Shown here: piece after piece, positions 18,020-28,475 of the stretch
Numbering within the stretch: position 1 is the stretch's first letter
Layout: every line of letters begins with the position of its first letter
Assembly (NCBI GenBank): GCA_040905865.1
Contig: JBBDQU010000005.1
Span: 105,368-169,367 of the forward strand
Direction: 5' to 3'
From: Alphaproteobacteria bacterium
Lineage (GTDB): Bacteria > Pseudomonadota > Alphaproteobacteria > UBA8366 > GCA-2717185
Length of the DNA: 64,000 bases
The notes under the pieces: generated by a model
Told to the model about the DNA's origin: nothing
The model's input: the letters and a program-made list of their open reading frames with translations, nothing else
The model's database searches: none
Translations under genes and position numbers: made by a program

Positions 18020-18634
18020 ATGTCAAAGAGACAGAGTTCGAAGTACAAGATCGACCGGCGCCTTGGCGTCAATCTCTGGGGCCGTGCGAAAAGCCCCAGC
18101 AATTCCCGCGACTACCCGCCGGGCCAGCATGGCCAGCGCCGCCGCAAGGCTTCTGACTTCGGCACCCAGCTGATGGGCAAGCAGAAGCTGAAGGGCTATT
18201 ACGGCAATATCGGCGAAAAGAAATTCCATTCCTATTACAAGGAAGCCGTCCGCCGCCCCGGCGATACGGGCGAGAATCTGATCGGGCTGCTGGAACGCCG
18301 CCTTGACGCAGTGGTCTATCGCGCCCGCTTCGTGCCGACGGTGTTTGCCGCGCGCCAGTTCGTGAACCATGGTCATGTGAAGGTCAATGGCAAGCGCGTC
18401 AACATCCCGTCCTACGAAGTAAAGGACGGAGACGTGATCGAAGTCCGGAACAAGAGCCGCGAATTGCCGATGGTGCTGGAAGCGATCGCCTCCACCGAAC
18501 GCGACCTGCCGGATTACATCACCGTCGATTACAGCAAGATGGCCGCAACCTTCATGCGCGCGCCGGGCCTTTCCGATGTGCCGTATCCGGTGCAGATGGA
18601 ACCGAACCTCGTTATCGAGTTCTATTCGCGCTGA
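18020..18634 (+). CDS. rpsD: 30S ribosomal protein S4
   Basis: [22 protein letters not shown]...[15 protein letters not shown]...[21 protein letters not shown] prefer the start at 18020; the track start 18014 adds ME. Confidence 0.96.
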   Translation: MSKRQSSKYKIDRRLGVNLWGRAKSPSNSRDYPPGQHGQRRRKASDFGTQLMGKQKLKGYYGNIGEKKFHSYYKEAVRRPGDTGENLIGLLERRLDAVVYRARFVPTVFAARQFVNHGHVKVNGKRVNIPSYEVKDGDVIEVRNKSRELPMVLEAIASTERDLPDYITVDYSKMAATFMRAPGLSDVPYPVQMEPNLVIEFYSR

Positions 18635-18682
18635 TACCTGTTACCCGATATGCCGTCCAACGCGGCGGGTTGTGTCAAAAGG

Positions 18683-18714
18683 GCCGCTCAACGTAGTGTT
18701 GGGCGGCTTTTTTT
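18683..18714 (+). terminator. rho-independent terminator after rpsD
   Basis: 10-bp stem GCCGCTCAAC/GTTGGGCGGC (one G-U pair), 5-nt loop, followed by seven T residues. Confidence 0.8.
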
Positions 18715-18789
18715 GTTGTTTCCGGGTCGCGCGATTGCGCTGGCGAACCTGTCCGGGAACCGGGTTGGCGATAATGTGAAAGTTGAAGC

Positions 18790-19398
18790 GTGAAGCCATT
18801 CGTCATTCTGATCGCGGGCATGCCGCGCTCCGGCAGTACCTGGCAGTACAATGCCGCCAGGCTGATCTTGAACCGGAAGTACCCGGCGATTTATTCGGGA
18901 TGGTGCGCGGATTATGATCCGGCGACGAAAGAACCCGTTCACCTGGTGAAAGTCCATACGCCCGAGCAGGTTCGATTCGATTACTCGCTGGTTCTAACGA
19001 CGAAGCGGGACCTGCTGGAATGTATCGAATCCTCAAAAAGAATGGGTTGGCTGACAGACGATAATTTCTTCATCCAGATACTGATGCAAATGCATCTATA
19101 TAACTACTGGCATGCGCGCTCGGCCGTGGAAACAGACTACCTGACCATTCAGAACAATCCGGAAAAAGCCATTCTCGATATTGCGAACATACTGGAAATC
19201 ACGCTCTCCATCGACGATGCGGGACAAATATCCGAACAGATAAATGCAATGAGCCCACCGGACCCTGACGACATCGGGCCGCACCGGTATGACAGGGTGA
19301 CGCTGCTTCACCCGAAACATATTTCGAATAACGAGCCCGCCCGGTTAACCGAAGAACAAAGACGGTTTTTTGCCGAACAGTTCTCATACTGGAAATAA
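18790..19398 (+). CDS. sulfotransferase family protein (orphan, lower-GC gene)
   Basis: PAPS 5'-phosphosulfate loop-like GMPRSGSTW at the N-terminus and a TKRDLLECIESS stretch resembling the 3'-phosphate motif. GTG start. Composition is visibly more AT-rich than the neighbours. Confidence 0.7.
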   Translation: MKPFVILIAGMPRSGSTWQYNAARLILNRKYPAIYSGWCADYDPATKEPVHLVKVHTPEQVRFDYSLVLTTKRDLLECIESSKRMGWLTDDNFFIQILMQMHLYNYWHARSAVETDYLTIQNNPEKAILDIANILEITLSIDDAGQISEQINAMSPPDPDDIGPHRYDRVTLLHPKHISNNEPARLTEEQRRFFAEQFSYWK

Positions 19399-19453
19399 GC
19401 TGTCCTCTTAACCTTCTTGCATTGCAGAATTATACAGTGGCAAGGAGGACATC

Positions 19454-19615
19454 ATGTCTGGACAAACAACGTCGAAGTCGAAGGTATCGGGCAGTGAGCG
19501 ACGGGATGCATCGACGAAACTGCCGGCGCATCTCCTGAGCGTGCCGGAACAGGCGGTTTTCTCCCGTATTGACGACAGCACGAATATGGACCGTGCGCGG
19601 GTTAGGCGGCGCTGA
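19454..19615 (+). CDS. candidate 53-aa small protein
   Basis: The ATG is preceded by a strong AAGGAGG 6 nt upstream. Product [53 protein letters not shown]. It overlaps the convergent otnI-like 3' end by 14 nt and is below the ORF-track cutoff. Confidence 0.35.
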   Translation: MSGQTTSKSKVSGSERRDASTKLPAHLLSVPEQAVFSRIDDSTNMDRARVRRR

Positions 19616-20390
19616 TCCCGTAAGGCGCGGCCCAGCCAAGTCCGGCGCGGGTTTCGCCTCTTGGCCGGTATTCGCAGCCGATCCAGCCGGTGTAACCGAG
19701 TTCGTCGATGACATCGAACAGGTAGGGATAGTTCACTTCGCCGATATCGGGTTCGTGGCGTTCCGGTACGCCGGCGATCTGGAAGTGCCCCACATGGCCG
19801 AAATTGGCGCGGATTTTCATCGCCACGTCGCCCTCGACGATCTGGCAGTGATACAGGTCCATCTGGACCTTCGCGTTTTCCGCGCCGATGGCGGCGAGCA
19901 CCGCCAGCGCCTGGTCCTGGCGGTTCAGGTGGAAACCGGGAATATCGCGCTGGTTGATCGGCTCGATCAGCGCCGTGATGCCATGCGGCGCCAGCCTGGC
20001 GGCGGCGTGTCTGATATTGCGGATATAGACCGCGTCGCATTCCGCGCGGTCCGCGTCTTCCGGCGGAATCCCGGCCATGACGTGCAGGCGGTCGCAGCCG
20101 ATGATCCTGGCATAGTCCAGCGCCTGTTCGATCAGCCCGTCGAAATCGGCCTCGCGGCCGGGCAGGGCGGCGAGTCCGCGGTCGCCGCGGGTCCAGTCCC
20201 CCGGCGGCAGGTTGAACAGGGCATTGACCAGCCCGCTTTCCTTCAGGGCGGCGGCGATGTCCTCGGCAGGATGATCGTAGGGGAACAGATATTCCACCGC
20301 CCTGAACCCGGCGGCAGCCGCCGCGGCGAAGCGGTCCATGAAGGGCACTTCGGTGAACATCATCGAAATATTGGCGGCGAGATTTGGCAT
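19602..20390 (-). CDS. otnI: hydroxypyruvate-isomerase-family protein, probable 2-oxo-tetronate isomerase
   Basis: Hyi-like TIM barrel ([38 protein letters not shown]). Clustered with a DUF1537-type kinase and a class II aldolase. Confidence 0.7.
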   Translation of the reverse strand: MPNLAANISMMFTEVPFMDRFAAAAAAGFRAVEYLFPYDHPAEDIAAALKESGLVNALFNLPPGDWTRGDRGLAALPGREADFDGLIEQALDYARIIGCDRLHVMAGIPPEDADRAECDAVYIRNIRHAAARLAPHGITALIEPINQRDIPGFHLNRQDQALAVLAAIGAENAKVQMDLYHCQIVEGDVAMKIRANFGHVGHFQIAGVPERHEPDIGEVNYPYLFDVIDELGYTGWIGCEYRPRGETRAGLGWAAPYGISAA

Positions 20391-20409
20391 GGCGGAATCC
20401 TGGTTCGGG

Positions 20410-21045
20410 TTAATCGGGCGGGAAAAACCGGTGCAGTTCTTCGATCTGTTCCTCGGTCAGAATCCGGGGGTTATGCGCCTGCAGCAACAGGTGCAGTTTG
20501 GCGGTTTCCTCAAGCTCCTCGGTCGCGTAAACGGCGGCTTCCAGCGTCTTGCCGGCAACCACAGGGCCGTGATTGGCCAGCAGCACGGCGGTATGGTCGC
20601 GCGCCTTGCCCCGGATCGCGTCCGCCAGCGCCGTGTCGCCGGGTCGATAGTAGGGGATCAGCGGCAGCCTGCCGATTTTCATCACGTAATAGGCGGTGAT
20701 GGGCGGCAGGACGTTGTCCGGATCGACATTGGGCAGGCAGGACACCGCGACCGAATGGGTCGAATGCAGATGCACGATGGCGCCGGCTTTCGGGCGCTCC
20801 TCGTACATTGCCTGATGCAGGAAGACCTCCTTGGTCGGTGCGTCGCCGGACATCAGCCTGCCGGTCCGGTCCAGTCTGGAAATCCGCGCCGGGTCCAGAT
20901 TGCCGAGAGACGAGCCCGTCGGCGTCATCAACCAGCCATCGTCGAGTTGCACACTGATATTGCCGGAACTGCCGCCGCTCAATCCCCGGTCGAACAGGGA
21001 TTTGCCGAAGGCCGCAATTTCTTCACGCAAACGGGATTCGCTCAT
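20410..21045 (-). CDS. otnC: class II aldolase/adducin family protein, probable 3-oxo-tetronate 4-phosphate decarboxylase
   Basis: [28 protein letters not shown] and [11 protein letters not shown] motifs. Its 4-nt overlap with the upstream kinase gene suggests translational coupling. Confidence 0.7.
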   Translation of the reverse strand: MSESRLREEIAAFGKSLFDRGLSGGSSGNISVQLDDGWLMTPTGSSLGNLDPARISRLDRTGRLMSGDAPTKEVFLHQAMYEERPKAGAIVHLHSTHSVAVSCLPNVDPDNVLPPITAYYVMKIGRLPLIPYYRPGDTALADAIRGKARDHTAVLLANHGPVVAGKTLEAAVYATEELEETAKLHLLLQAHNPRILTEEQIEELHRFFPPD

Positions 21046-22319
21046 TTCAGCACTCCGAAGGCCTTGGTGAAGAAGTCCGGGGCGCCGAAATTGCCGGATT
21101 TCAGCGCCAGCAACAACGCCGGGTCGCCAAGGCTGGCGGTCCAGGGAACGCCGGGGTCGATTTCCGGCCCGATGCGCAGGCCGGGCACGTCCAGCGCGCC
21201 GACGACCGCGCCGGAGGTTTCGCCGCCCGCGACGATCAGCCGGCGAACGCCGGCATCGACCAGGCCGCGTGCGATAGCCGCCATGGCCTCTTCGACCAGC
21301 GCGCCCGCCCTGTCGGCGCCGAGTTCCGACTGGATGTTACGCACGTCATCCGGCGCGGCGGTTGCGTAGATCAGGACCGGGCCATTGGCGAGCTGTGGCG
21401 TCGCCCAGTCGATTGCTGCCCGTGCGACCGGTTCGCCCCGGGCGAGCGCCAGGGGATCGACCTGGAAGGCCGGGTGATCTTTCGCCATCAGCGCGACCTG
21501 CTGGTTTGTTGCGCGCGAGCAGCTTCCGGACAGGACGGCGGCATATCCGTCAATCGACGGCAGCGTGTCTGCGGCAATGCCGGATGGCAGCAGCCCCGCG
21601 CGGCGGAAATTCTCCGGAAGGCCGATGGCCACGCCGGACCCCCCGGTGATCAGGGGGAAATCGGCGCAGGCCTCGCCGATTACCGTCAGGTCGTTTTCGT
21701 CCAATGCATCGGTAATGGCGAAGCGGTCGCCTTTCTGCCGCGCGGCTTCGAAGGCGGCTCCGGTTGCCGCCGCGCCGCGCCTGATCGTGTCATAGGCTAC
21801 CAGCCCGACGGCGCCTTTGGTCTGACGATCCAGCACCCGGACCAGATTGGGGTCGCGCATCGGCGTGAGGGGATGGTCCTGCATGCCGCTTTCGTTCAGC
21901 AGCACATCGCCCGCGAACAGGTAACCCTTGCAGATCGTCCTGTTGTTGCGCGGAAAGGCGGGGCAGGCGATGGTGAAATCCGAATTCAGCGCATCCAGCA
22001 GCGCTTCGGCGACAGGGCCGATATTGCCCTCGTCGGTCGAATCGAACGTCGAACAGTATTTGAAGAAATACTGTCTGCAGCCATGCCCGCGCAGCCATTC
22101 CAGCGCGGCCAGGGATTGCGCAATGGCGTCGGCGGGCGCGATGGTTCGGGATTTGAGCGCGATGACGACCGCGTCCACATCGGGTAGCGGCGTTCCCGGC
22201 GCCGGGACGCCGATCATCTGTACCGTACGCATACCCTCGCGGACCAGCGTTCCCGCCAGGTCGGTGGCGCCGGTAAAATCGTCGGCAATACATCCCAGCA
22301 GAAGGCCCATGCGATTCAA
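21042..22319 (-). CDS. otnK: four-carbon acid sugar kinase (DUF1537 family), probable 3-oxo-tetronate kinase
   Basis: N-terminal GCIADDFTGATDLAGTLV is typical of DUF1537 kinases. 425 aa. Confidence 0.7.
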   Translation of the reverse strand: MNRMGLLLGCIADDFTGATDLAGTLVREGMRTVQMIGVPAPGTPLPDVDAVVIALKSRTIAPADAIAQSLAALEWLRGHGCRQYFFKYCSTFDSTDEGNIGPVAEALLDALNSDFTIACPAFPRNNRTICKGYLFAGDVLLNESGMQDHPLTPMRDPNLVRVLDRQTKGAVGLVAYDTIRRGAAATGAAFEAARQKGDRFAITDALDENDLTVIGEACADFPLITGGSGVAIGLPENFRRAGLLPSGIAADTLPSIDGYAAVLSGSCSRATNQQVALMAKDHPAFQVDPLALARGEPVARAAIDWATPQLANGPVLIYATAAPDDVRNIQSELGADRAGALVEEAMAAIARGLVDAGVRRLIVAGGETSGAVVGALDVPGLRIGPEIDPGVPWTASLGDPALLLALKSGNFGAPDFFTKAFGVLK

Positions 22320-22467
22320 CCCGTTTCAACGATGAAAGCAGGCGTCTCCTGCTTGCGGTTCCGCATTGTAACGGGTCAGGTCCATGACGGGGATCGAAAA
22401 ATGCCGGACCATCGCGAAGATGCCCGGCATGTCGTTCGCTGTAGAATCGTCCGCGAAAGTCTCGTCA

Positions 22468-22520
22468 CATGGCTTGTTGGATCGCCAGAGGCATCTCCAA
22501 CAAACCATAACCTGATCTAC
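22468..22520 (+). repeat. short structured repeat, family 1, copy 3
   Basis: CATGGCTTGTTGGATCGCCAGAGGCATCTCCAACAAACCATAACCTGATCTAC. Its 3' end supplies the complement of the grxD stop codon. Confidence 0.7.
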
Positions 22521-22858
22521 GCAGCGGTTTCTGTCGCGATGCCCTTGGTCGCCATCAGTTCGGCCAGTTCACCGGTTTCGTACATTTCCCGCACGATATC
22601 GCAGCCGCCGATGAATTCACCCTTGACGTAAAGCTGCGGCACGGTCGGCCAGCTGGAGTACTGTTTGATACCCTCGCGCAGGCCGGGGTCCTGCAGGACG
22701 TCGACACCCTTGAACTTGACGCCGAGCAGGGTCAGCGCCTGCACTGTCGCGGCGGAAAAGCCGCATTGCGGGAACACCGGTGTCCCCTTCATGAAGAGTA
22801 CGATGTCATTGCCGTCCACATCCTCCTGGATGCGGGCGAATACCGGATTGTCATCCAT
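22517..22858 (-). CDS. grxD: monothiol (Grx4-type) glutaredoxin
   Basis: CGFS active site (GTPVFPQCGFSAATVQ) and WPTVPQLYVKGEFIGGCDI. Confidence 0.93.
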   Translation of the reverse strand: MDDNPVFARIQEDVDGNDIVLFMKGTPVFPQCGFSAATVQALTLLGVKFKGVDVLQDPGLREGIKQYSSWPTVPQLYVKGEFIGGCDIVREMYETGELAELMATKGIATETAA

Positions 22859-22881
22859 GGTTCGATCCTTTCCCTCTGGCC

Positions 22882-23121
22882 CTAGCTGTCTTCCAGCGTG
22901 GCTGTCTGTAATGCAAGCGCATGCAACTCATTGCCCATGCGTCCCTGAAGCGCCTTGTACACCATCTGGTGCTGCTGTACGCGACTTTTTCCCTCGAAAC
23001 TGGCCGAGCGCACATAGGCGGCATAATGATCGCCATCGCCGCGCAAATCCTCGATCTGCACCTGCGCGTCGGGGATAGCCTGCTTGATCATCTGTTCAAT
23101 TTCCGCCTGGCTCATCGCCAT
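22882..23121 (-). CDS. BolA family protein
   Basis: 79 aa, ..DGDHYAAYVRSASFEGKSRVQQHQMVYKAL.. (BolA signature region). Adjacent to grxD, which is the usual arrangement. Confidence 0.85.
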   Translation of the reverse strand: MAMSQAEIEQMIKQAIPDAQVQIEDLRGDGDHYAAYVRSASFEGKSRVQQHQMVYKALQGRMGNELHALALQTATLEDS

Positions 23122-23148
23122 GGTCCACCCTCCCTAATGCGCCTGCCG

Positions 23149-25344
23149 TCAGGACATCGTCATGTAGCCCGGCAACCATGCCTCATGCGCGGTCCGCAAC
23201 TCTTCAATGGATATGGTATACGCTGATTGCACTGTCAATGAAGCGCCGCCGGTTCGCCCTATCACGGTCGCGGGAACCGCCGCTTTATTCGCCGATTCCA
23301 GTATTTTATCTGGATTTTCTGTTGTAATAACGTAGCGCGCCTGGTCCTCGCCGAACAACCATGCATGCAGCGGTGTCGAACCCTCCGGCATGGCAATGGC
23401 GGCGCCGATATTCCCGGCCATCGCCATTTCTGCGATGGCGACGAGCAGGCCGCCATCGGAAACGTCATGGCAGGCTGTTGCACTGCCGTCATGAATGCAG
23501 CCGCGTACGAAATCGCCATTGCGGCGCTCCTGGGCCAGATCGACCGGCGGCGGCGCCCCGTCGTCGCGCTGCTCGATTTCGGCGAGATAGGCGGAACAAC
23601 CCAACCAACCGGCGGTGTCCCCGATGACGACGATGCTCTGGCCGGCGGCGGTGAAGGCGAGGCCGGTGATGCGGTCCATATTTTCAACCAGGCCCAGCCC
23701 GCCGATCACCGGAGTTGGCAGAATCCCGACGCCGTTGGTTTCGTTGTACAGCGAGACATTGCCGGAAACGACCGGGAAATCGAAGGCGCGGGAGGCATCG
23801 CCGATGCCCGTCACGCAGCCGACAAACTGCCCCATGATGTTTTCGCGCTGCGGGTTGCCGAAATTGAGGTTATTGGTCAGTGCCAGTGGCTGTGCGCCGA
23901 CCGCGGTCAGGTTCCGCCAGGCTTCCGCCACGGCCTGCCTGCCGCCGGTTTCCGGTTCGGCCAGGCAGTAGCGGGGCGTGCAATCGGTGGTGATCGCCAG
24001 GCCCCGCGTGGTGCCGTGGATGCGGACAATCGCGGCATCGCCGCCCGGGCCGCGCGTGGTATCGCCCATGACCATGTGGTCGTACTGTTCCCAGATCCAG
24101 CGCCGTGAGCAGAAATTCGCCGTTCCGAGCAGCCGGTGCAGCGCATCTAGCGGATCGTTGGGGGCGGCCACGCCGGTTGCGGCCAGCACACCGCGTTTCG
24201 GCGTCGCCTTCCAGGGACGGTCGTAAAGAGGCGATTCATTGACCAGCGGCGCGACAGGGATGTCGGCGACCAGTTCATCATGCAGTTTCAGGACGAATCG
24301 CCCGGTATCCGTGACATGGCCGACAATGGCGAAATCCAGCTCCCATTTCTCGAAGATCGCCCGGGCGGCATCTTCGCGGCCGGGCTTGAGTACCATGAGC
24401 ATGCGCTCCTGACTTTCCGAAAGCATTATTTCGTACGGAGTCATGCCTTCTTCGCGTACCGGCACGTTTTCAAGGTTCAACTCAATGCCGACGCCGCCCT
24501 TGTCCGCCATTTCCACGGTCGAACTGGTCAGTCCGGCGGCGCCCATGTCCTGTATCGCGACAATAGCGTCCGTGGCCATGAGTTCGAGACACGCTTCAAG
24601 CAGCAGTTTTTCGGTAAACGGATCGCCGACCTGCACCGTGGGACGCTTTTCGTCCGAATCGTCGTCGAATTCAGCCGATGCCATGGTCGCCCCATGGATG
24701 CCGTCGCGGCCCGTCCTGGAGCCGATATAAACGACCGGATTACCGATACCGGCGGCGGCCGAATAGAAAATCCTGTCAGCCTCGGCGATCCCGACGGTCA
24801 TGGCGTTGACCAGGATATTGCCATTATAGGCCGGGTCAAAATTGGTTTCGCCGCCCACGGTCGGCACGCCCATGCAGTTGCCATAGCCGCCGATCCCCGC
24901 GACGACGCCGGAAACAAGGTGCCGAGTCTTGTGATGGTCGGGGCTGCCGAACCGCAGGGCATTCAAGTTGGCGACGGGGCGCGCGCCCATGGTGAAAACA
25001 TCGCGCATGATGCCGCCGACGCCGGTCGCGGCCCCCTGGTAAGGTTCGATGAAGCTCGGATGGTTATGGCTTTCCATCTTGAATACGGCGGCCAGCCCGC
25101 CGCCGATATCGACAACGCCGGCGTTCTCGCCGGGACCGCAGATGACCTGCGGTCCTTCCGTCGGCAGGGTCTTCAGCCATTTCCGGGAGGATTTGTAGGA
25201 ACAGTGTTCCGACCACATGACGGAAAAAATACCGAGTTCGGTCAGGTTCGGTTCGCGGCCCAGGATCGACAGCAGCGTCCTGTATTCGTCGGCGCTCAGC
25301 CCGTGTTCGGCAACGATTGCTTCGGTGATGGCGGTGTTTTTCAT
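23149..25344 (-). CDS. purL: phosphoribosylformylglycinamidine synthase subunit PurL
   Basis: 731 aa, ..[27 protein letters not shown]... Overlaps purQ by 4 nt. Confidence 0.96.
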   Translation of the reverse strand: MKNTAITEAIVAEHGLSADEYRTLLSILGREPNLTELGIFSVMWSEHCSYKSSRKWLKTLPTEGPQVICGPGENAGVVDIGGGLAAVFKMESHNHPSFIEPYQGAATGVGGIMRDVFTMGARPVANLNALRFGSPDHHKTRHLVSGVVAGIGGYGNCMGVPTVGGETNFDPAYNGNILVNAMTVGIAEADRIFYSAAAGIGNPVVYIGSRTGRDGIHGATMASAEFDDDSDEKRPTVQVGDPFTEKLLLEACLELMATDAIVAIQDMGAAGLTSSTVEMADKGGVGIELNLENVPVREEGMTPYEIMLSESQERMLMVLKPGREDAARAIFEKWELDFAIVGHVTDTGRFVLKLHDELVADIPVAPLVNESPLYDRPWKATPKRGVLAATGVAAPNDPLDALHRLLGTANFCSRRWIWEQYDHMVMGDTTRGPGGDAAIVRIHGTTRGLAITTDCTPRYCLAEPETGGRQAVAEAWRNLTAVGAQPLALTNNLNFGNPQRENIMGQFVGCVTGIGDASRAFDFPVVSGNVSLYNETNGVGILPTPVIGGLGLVENMDRITGLAFTAAGQSIVVIGDTAGWLGCSAYLAEIEQRDDGAPPPVDLAQERRNGDFVRGCIHDGSATACHDVSDGGLLVAIAEMAMAGNIGAAIAMPEGSTPLHAWLFGEDQARYVITTENPDKILESANKAAVPATVIGRTGGASLTVQSAYTISIEELRTAHEAWLPGYMTMS

Positions 25345-26033
25345 CGTGCCAGCGCCGCCACAAGGCCATCGAACAGGCGCGCGCCGTCGGTGCCGCCGAG
25401 ATACGGGTCAGCCGCCCGTTCCGGATGCGGCATCAGGCCAAGGATGCTGCGCGTTTCATTGAAGATTCCGGCAATATTGCGGGCGGAACCGTTCGGGTTG
25501 CCGGCATCGTTTGCGGCGCCTTCCGGCGTGGTATAGCGGAAGGCGATCAGGTTCTCGCCTTCCAGCCGGTCCAGCGTCGATTCCTGGGCGCGGTAATTGC
25601 CTTCGTTATGCGCAACGGGAATACGCAGCACCTGATTGATCGTATAACCGCGCGTGAATGCGGAATCGGTATTGGCGACGGTCACATGCACGTTCCGGCA
25701 GATGAATTTCAGCCCGGCATTACGCATCAGCACGCCGGGCAGCAACCCGCACTCCGTGAGTATCTGGAACCCGTTGCAGATGCCCAGAATAGGCACGCCC
25801 TGCGCCGCCCTGGCGACAACGTCGCGCATGATCGGCGAACGGGCCGCAATCGCGCCGCCGCGCAGATAATCGCCATAGGAAAACCCGCCGGGCAACACGA
25901 TCAGGTCGGTCGCGGGCAGTTTTGTATCCCGGTGCCATACCATGTCGGCGGGGCTGCCGCAGGCCCGTCCCAGCGCCACGGCGGCATCGCGATCGCAATT
26001 CGACCCCGGAAAGACGATGACCGATGACTTCAT
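25341..26033 (-). CDS. purQ: phosphoribosylformylglycinamidine synthase subunit PurQ (glutaminase)
   Basis: [41 protein letters not shown] motifs. Confidence 0.95.
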   Translation of the reverse strand: MKSSVIVFPGSNCDRDAAVALGRACGSPADMVWHRDTKLPATDLIVLPGGFSYGDYLRGGAIAARSPIMRDVVARAAQGVPILGICNGFQILTECGLLPGVLMRNAGLKFICRNVHVTVANTDSAFTRGYTINQVLRIPVAHNEGNYRAQESTLDRLEGENLIAFRYTTPEGAANDAGNPNGSARNIAGIFNETRSILGLMPHPERAADPYLGGTDGARLFDGLVAALAR

Positions 26034-26272
26034 GACTGCAATTCTATGTCGTAATTTTCAATTACCGTATTGGCCAGCAGCCTCGCGCACATGTCCTCGA
26101 CCTGCGCGCGGGCCGCTCCGGGGTCGTTTTCGGCGATATCGAGTTCGATGAACTTCCCCTGGCGCACGTCGCCAACGCCCTTGAATCCAAGCGATTCCAG
26201 CGCATGCCCTATGGCCTTGCCCTGGGGGTCCAGAACGCCTGGTTTGAGAGTTATATGAACCTTAACCTTCAC
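26030..26272 (-). CDS. purS: phosphoribosylformylglycinamidine synthase subunit PurS
   Basis: 80 aa, [30 protein letters not shown]... Overlaps purQ by 4 nt. Confidence 0.93.
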   Translation of the reverse strand: MKVKVHITLKPGVLDPQGKAIGHALESLGFKGVGDVRQGKFIELDIAENDPGAARAQVEDMCARLLANTVIENYDIELQS

Positions 26273-26299
26273 GTTTCCTCCATACCTGCCCGAATCGGG

Positions 26300-27061
26300 T
26301 CACTGAACCATGCGGGGTCCGTTGAGTTCGCCGCCGTCGGGCAGTACGCCGAGCCGCCGCGCCACTTCCTGATAGGCCTCGGCGGCCTCGCCCAGATCCT
26401 CCCGGAAACGGTCCTTGTCCAGCTTTTCGCTTGTCGTGCTATCCCACAGACGGCAATTATCCGGTGAAATTTCATCGGCCAGGATGACGCGCATATCGCC
26501 ATTCTCATCGTAATAGCGGCCGAATTCCAGCTTGAAGTCGATCAATCGCATGCCGACGCCGAGAAAAAGGCCGGTCAGGAAATCGTTGATCCGCAGGGAC
26601 AGCGACAGCATGTCGTCAATGTCCTGCGGCATCGCCCAACCGAACGCCGTGATATGCTCCTCGGAGACCAGCGGATTCCCGAGTTCCTGGTTTTTCCAGT
26701 AATATTCGGCGATCGAACGGGGCAGTTGCGTCCCTTCCTTGATGCCGAGTCGTTTTGCCATCGAACCGGCCACCACGTTGCGGATCACGACGCCGATGGG
26801 GATGATTTCGACTTCGCGGACGAGTTGTTCGCGCATGTTCAACCGTCGTATGAAATGATTCGGGACGCCGATTTCCTGCAGGCGGGACATCAGAAATTCC
26901 GAAATCCGGTTGTTGATCACGCCTTTTCCGGTAATCGTACCGTGTTTCGTATTGTTGAAGGCGCTTGCATCATCCTTGAAATGCTGCACCAGCGTACCGG
27001 GTTCGGGACCTTCATACATGTCCTTGGCCCTGCCTTCATAAACACGTCTGCGTTTGGCCAT
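26300..27061 (-). CDS. purC: phosphoribosylaminoimidazole-succinocarboxamide synthase
   Basis: 253 aa, ..[36 protein letters not shown]..., a canonical PurC. Confidence 0.95.
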   Translation of the reverse strand: MAKRRRVYEGRAKDMYEGPEPGTLVQHFKDDASAFNNTKHGTITGKGVINNRISEFLMSRLQEIGVPNHFIRRLNMREQLVREVEIIPIGVVIRNVVAGSMAKRLGIKEGTQLPRSIAEYYWKNQELGNPLVSEEHITAFGWAMPQDIDDMLSLSLRINDFLTGLFLGVGMRLIDFKLEFGRYYDENGDMRVILADEISPDNCRLWDSTTSEKLDKDRFREDLGEAAEAYQEVARRLGVLPDGGELNGPRMVQ

Positions 27062-27185
27062 ATTATTGTGCCCAGGGGGAATGCGGACGCTGCATCGCGT
27101 CAGGAAGCGTCATATAGCAATTGCACCGCCCCGGTACAACGAATCCCGATCCGAACACTTTGTCCGGATTTTGCCGCAGAACGCA

Positions 27186-27947
27186 TCATTCCGGCTTTTC
27201 AGGCAGAATGGTTTCGAAAGGGGTGATGTCCGGGCGGCCGGCGGCAAACCGCCATATGGTCCTTGCGCCGGGTGCGTGGCGGGGCAGGGCGATCAGCGAA
27301 CTGGATACGGTCCCGTAGCCCCGGTCGGTGACGATGCACATGGTGTCGTCGAAAGGCGGGGGCGCGTCCTCCTGGCAGGTGGCCATCAGGGCTTCCCAGG
27401 CTGCCCAGTCTCCCGAATCCGGTTCGGGGGCCGGCGCCTGGCGAAATTTCGGCAAAAACGTGCGGGTTCTGGGCGCATTCGGTTCGTTCATATCCTGTGA
27501 CGTAATGATCGAAGTGCCTTCAGGGACCGGGTGCAGTTCGACAGAAAGGGCGCCGTTGCGCGCGGACAGCCAGTAGGCTTCCCGGTCGTCGGCGATGACG
27601 AGGTTGAAGCTGCGATAGGCATGCGGGTCGATTTCGCCCAGCGCTTCGGCGGCCTCGCGGGCATCGGCATGGTCCAGCGCCTCGAGCACCAGTTCGCCGC
27701 GGCTGCGTTTTCCGGCCTGCGGGCCGAGCGAGCCGGTGCGGTTCAGAACCGCGGCGACGACGCCGTGATCGTTGACGCCCAGCCAGCTGCCGCCTGACAG
27801 CTGGTCCTGTCCGGCAACGGTTTCCGGTCGGTCAGGCCAGTGCCTTCCGGGCGGAAGCCAGGGCCGGCCGGTCATTTCGTCCCGGTTTGCGGCAAGAACA
27901 AGCGGCCAGGCATGACCTGGCCGCCGGAGAATGACGACGGTACACAT
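27186..27947 (-). CDS. NRDE family protein (TANGO2/DUF833-like)
   Basis: MCTVVILRRPGHAWPLVLAANRDE, an N-terminal Cys with the literal NRDE motif. Confidence 0.85.
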   Translation of the reverse strand: MCTVVILRRPGHAWPLVLAANRDEMTGRPWLPPGRHWPDRPETVAGQDQLSGGSWLGVNDHGVVAAVLNRTGSLGPQAGKRSRGELVLEALDHADAREAAEALGEIDPHAYRSFNLVIADDREAYWLSARNGALSVELHPVPEGTSIITSQDMNEPNAPRTRTFLPKFRQAPAPEPDSGDWAAWEALMATCQEDAPPPFDDTMCIVTDRGYGTVSSSLIALPRHAPGARTIWRFAAGRPDITPFETILPEKPE

Positions 27948-28091
27948 GGATGACCCGATAGCACGGCCCGCTCGATGGCGCCATTGCCGGGTGACGATTT
28001 TGCAAATTCATCATTCAAGAACCGATCCCGAGGAACTATATAAGGGGCTGAATTTTGGCGCTCCGCGCGGGCAGGAAAAGGAAGTTTCTTT

Positions 28092-28418
28092 ATGACGCAG
28101 TTCAATGATCGCGAAAAGGCTTTTGAAAACAAACTGAAGCTCGACAAGGAGCTGGATTTCAAGGTCCAGGCGCGGCGCAATAAACTGCTGGGTCAGTGGG
28201 CGGCGACACAGCTTGGACTCGATGCGGCCAGTTCGGAGGTTTATGCGAAGGAAGTGGTCATGTCGGATTTCGATGAACCCGGCGACGCGGATGTCCTGCG
28301 TAAGGTCCAGCAGGATCTCGCGGGCAAGGGCGTGGACGTGTCGGAGCAACTGATCCGCAAGGAAATGGACCGCCTTATGCGGGTGGCGCGCGACCAGATC
28401 ATGGCGGAGACGAAATAG
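28092..28418 (+). CDS. DUF1476 protein (family of the alphaproteobacterial F1-ATPase inhibitor zeta subunit)
   Basis: 108 aa, MTQFNDREKAFENKLKLDKELDFKVQARRNKLLGQWAA..., as I remember the DUF1476/zeta N-terminus. Confidence 0.75.
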   Translation: MTQFNDREKAFENKLKLDKELDFKVQARRNKLLGQWAATQLGLDAASSEVYAKEVVMSDFDEPGDADVLRKVQQDLAGKGVDVSEQLIRKEMDRLMRVARDQIMAETK

Positions 28419-28475
28419 CCGCCCCGCGGCGGAATTGTCGCTGTTTGTGAGAAATACGACGGAACTACCGTTGCA

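Noticed and set aside
27062-27185. Possible ZTP (pfl) riboswitch upstream of purC. On the minus strand, ..GACGCgatgcaGCGTC cgcatt CCCCCUGGGCAC.. lies just before the start codon and resembles the CCGCCUGGGCA 3' sub-domain.
   Set aside because: I could not find the conserved 5' sub-domain (GACUGGCG ... CCGGGG pseudoknot partner) anywhere in the leader. The upstream sequence is already the 3' end of the NRDE gene. A cmsearch with RF01750 would settle it.
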